A DNA stretch of 64,000 bases from positions 45,753 through 109,752 of IMG/VR virus record IMGVR_UViG_3300045303_000152. One strand, 5' to 3'. The first letter of the stretch is position 1, and every line of letters begins with the position of its first letter. The notes under the pieces are model-generated. The model was not told where the DNA came from and ran no database searches. It saw only the letters and a program-made list of their open reading frames with translations. The position numbers and the translations under genes are program-made. Below, in pieces: positions 62,081 to 64,000 of the stretch. Origin of the DNA: a virus.

Positions 62081-62921
62081 GGCTAGAACCTTCAACTTCG
62101 AGCAAACCCCGCAATCCTCCCATACGGTGCTGCCGGCACCACCAGCCGAGTTCATCCCTACCTGCAAGCTCGATGTGATAACGTCGTGCTCGGCTGAAGG
62201 CTGGACCCGCTACGGCCAAAAGTGCGTGCGCTCATTCATGGACTATTGGCCAGCCGGCATCAAGCTGCATTTGGTGAGCGAGGATAACCTTACCCAGCAC
62301 ATTTCGGGGTTTGACCCCAACCGCATAGTATTCCACTCACTGTACAGCTACGAACTGGCTGCGAAGTTCTACGAGCGTCATAAGGATAACAAAGCATCCA
62401 AGGGCTACAAGCGACACACGTTCTACAACTTTCGCGAGGATGCCTATCGCTTCAGCAAGAAGGTATTCGCTATTCGCTTGGTGACGCTCAACATGATCGA
62501 GGGCCGGGTAATCTGGCTCGATGCCGATACGGTCACATCTAGCGCGATACCGTTGGAGTTGCTGTACCGCATACCACCCGATGACTACTGCCTCGCTTTT
62601 CTGGATCGGCCCCGCTACCATAGCGAGTGCGGCTTTGTCGGCTATAACCTCAACCATCAGGATACCAAAGACTTCATTGCCAAGTTCGCGCAGCTATACG
62701 AGCTGGATAAAGTGTTCGACTTGCGCGAGTGGCATGATAGCTGGGTATTCGATTGGCTGCGTCACAAGATGCAGATTAAGGGCTACCCAATCTCACACAA
62801 TAACCTGAGCCACCCATTTGTCCATAGCGAGCTGGGCAAGTATATGGACCACATGAAAGGCAATCGCAAGAACCTAGGTATGTCGGTTGAGCATCCAAAG
62901 TACAAACGTAAGAAGGGTTAA
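62064..62921 (+). CDS. GT-A glycosyltransferase-like protein
   Basis: 'RFSKKVFA', DxD 'WLDAD', 'SECGF', 'WHDSWVFD', 'HMKG'. Confidence 0.75.
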   Translation: MKKQLRARTFNFEQTPQSSHTVLPAPPAEFIPTCKLDVITSCSAEGWTRYGQKCVRSFMDYWPAGIKLHLVSEDNLTQHISGFDPNRIVFHSLYSYELAAKFYERHKDNKASKGYKRHTFYNFREDAYRFSKKVFAIRLVTLNMIEGRVIWLDADTVTSSAIPLELLYRIPPDDYCLAFLDRPRYHSECGFVGYNLNHQDTKDFIAKFAQLYELDKVFDLREWHDSWVFDWLRHKMQIKGYPISHNNLSHPFVHSELGKYMDHMKGNRKNLGMSVEHPKYKRKKG

Positions 62922-63193
62922 GCATGCTTCGCACCTGTATGGATTGTGAAGGCCCGCTGCATGCCGCCTTTAGCTTTGTGCTAGCTAGGGATGTCAATGC
63001 TTACCTCAATGGCGAGCCTGTAGCAGTAATTCGCGAGAGATGCGATTGGTGTGCTGCTTGGGCAGCTAGCTATGGAGGATGTGATAACGGCCTTCCCTTC
63101 ATGTGGAGGCTCGACGCCACGCAAGCGATAGCCGCTCGACGTAGGCAGCTCTGTGAACGACAAATGCAGCGCGCAGGTAAATAGGAGTGGAAT

Positions 63194-63883
63194 GTGAAAC
63201 AGCACCGGGGCATTTGGTTGCCAGATAACGACACGCACTTTGCCGAACACTTGGATGCAGGACCTGAGTACCAGGGTGCCGGCACCTACCAGTTTAAGAA
63301 GATTGAAATGGCACTGGCCAAGGTTGAGCAATGGCGAGGTGCGGTTGACGTAGGCGCGCACGTTGGCCTATGGTCGCGCGTACTAGCCGACAAATTCGAA
63401 AACCTCTGGGCCTTCGAGCCGGTACCAGAGCACCAAGCCTGCTTCATCAAGAACCTAGTCGAGCATAAGGCGGGCAAGGTAAGAGCTATCAATCCGCGTG
63501 TAGTGCTGCACCCTATCGCCCTTGGCAGCGCTGCCGGTCACACGTTCATCGACCCTGTTCCTGACAACAGTGGCAATGCCTGCGTTACCGACCATCACTT
63601 AAAGGGAATTAAAGTTCAATTACGAACTTTGGATAGCTTCAGGCTGTTCGAAAAGCACGTCGACTTCATCAAGATAGATGTTGAGGGCTACGAGCTTGAG
63701 GTTATCAAAGGCGGCGAGGAAACTATCAGGAAGTGCCGGCCGGTGATGGTAATCGAGCAAAAGCCGGGGCACGCCCAACGCTACGGGTTTGGGGAACGTG
63801 CCGCCGTCAATGTCGTGCTGGCTTGGGGTGCTGAGCTGCTGTGGCATCGAGCCGGCGACTACTGCCTGGGTTGTAAAAACTAA
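63194..63883 (+). CDS. FkbM-family methyltransferase
   Basis: VDVGAHVG, AFEP, IKIDVEGYE..V..G. Confidence 0.9.
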   Translation: MKQHRGIWLPDNDTHFAEHLDAGPEYQGAGTYQFKKIEMALAKVEQWRGAVDVGAHVGLWSRVLADKFENLWAFEPVPEHQACFIKNLVEHKAGKVRAINPRVVLHPIALGSAAGHTFIDPVPDNSGNACVTDHHLKGIKVQLRTLDSFRLFEKHVDFIKIDVEGYELEVIKGGEETIRKCRPVMVIEQKPGHAQRYGFGERAAVNVVLAWGAELLWHRAGDYCLGCKN

Positions 63884-63895
63884 CGGAGAGCAATC

Positions 63896-64000
63896 ATGGC
63901 CACGCCTAATACACCGTCGAATGAGAATACACAGCCAAATGAAACGATTGGAGCAACGTCTGCCAAGCCACGTGGCAAACCGTTCAAGAAGCTCGACCCG
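63896..64000 (+). CDS. partial CDS, possibly terminase small subunit
   Basis: GGAG RBS; N-terminal 'PRGKPFKK.DP' motif; truncated by the window edge. Confidence 0.4.
   Translation, partial: MATPNTPSNENTQPNETIGATSAKPRGKPFKKLDP

Noticed and set aside
1-64000. tRNA/rRNA genes, integrase, reverse transcriptase (retron/DGR), inteins, structural genes
   Set aside because: None recognised by eye; tRNAscan and HMM searches would be needed to exclude them formally

Overview
64 kb of a tailed dsDNA phage genome; an alphaproteobacterial host is plausible but is only inference. Genes lie almost entirely on the + strand. Layout: (1) a leader at 1-~3050 of small genes with poly-G ribosome-binding sites, which almost completely lacks the trinucleotides RGA/TCY on both strands and ends in a palindrome/repeat-rich non-coding block (~2680-3670); (2) ~3.7-22.6 kb of mostly small hypothetical genes plus ArdC, a UvrD-like helicase, two ParB-superfamily genes and a probable ~360-nt structured ncRNA; (3) paralogous methyltransferases and glycosyltransferase-like genes plus a 2OG-Fe(II) oxygenase (22.6-29.1 kb, continued at 60.5-63.9 kb); (4) a thymidine-hypermodification cluster (5-hmdU DNA kinase family, TET/JBP-associated-type glycosyltransferase, HD hydrolase, thymidylate-synthase homolog, DUF3310); (5) a replication/recombination set (primase, sigma-like factor, beta clamp, UDG-PolA fusion, clamp loader, SSB, RecA, resolvase, DnaB, SNF2, SbcCD) with several HNH-type endonucleases; and the start of a probable small terminase. 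The most striking candidate system combines DNA hypermodification, a motif-free leader with a GGGGG Shine-Dalgarno, and a distant sRNA whose C-rich loops are complementary to those leader RBSs. All family calls come from motif recognition by eye and no database searches were run.
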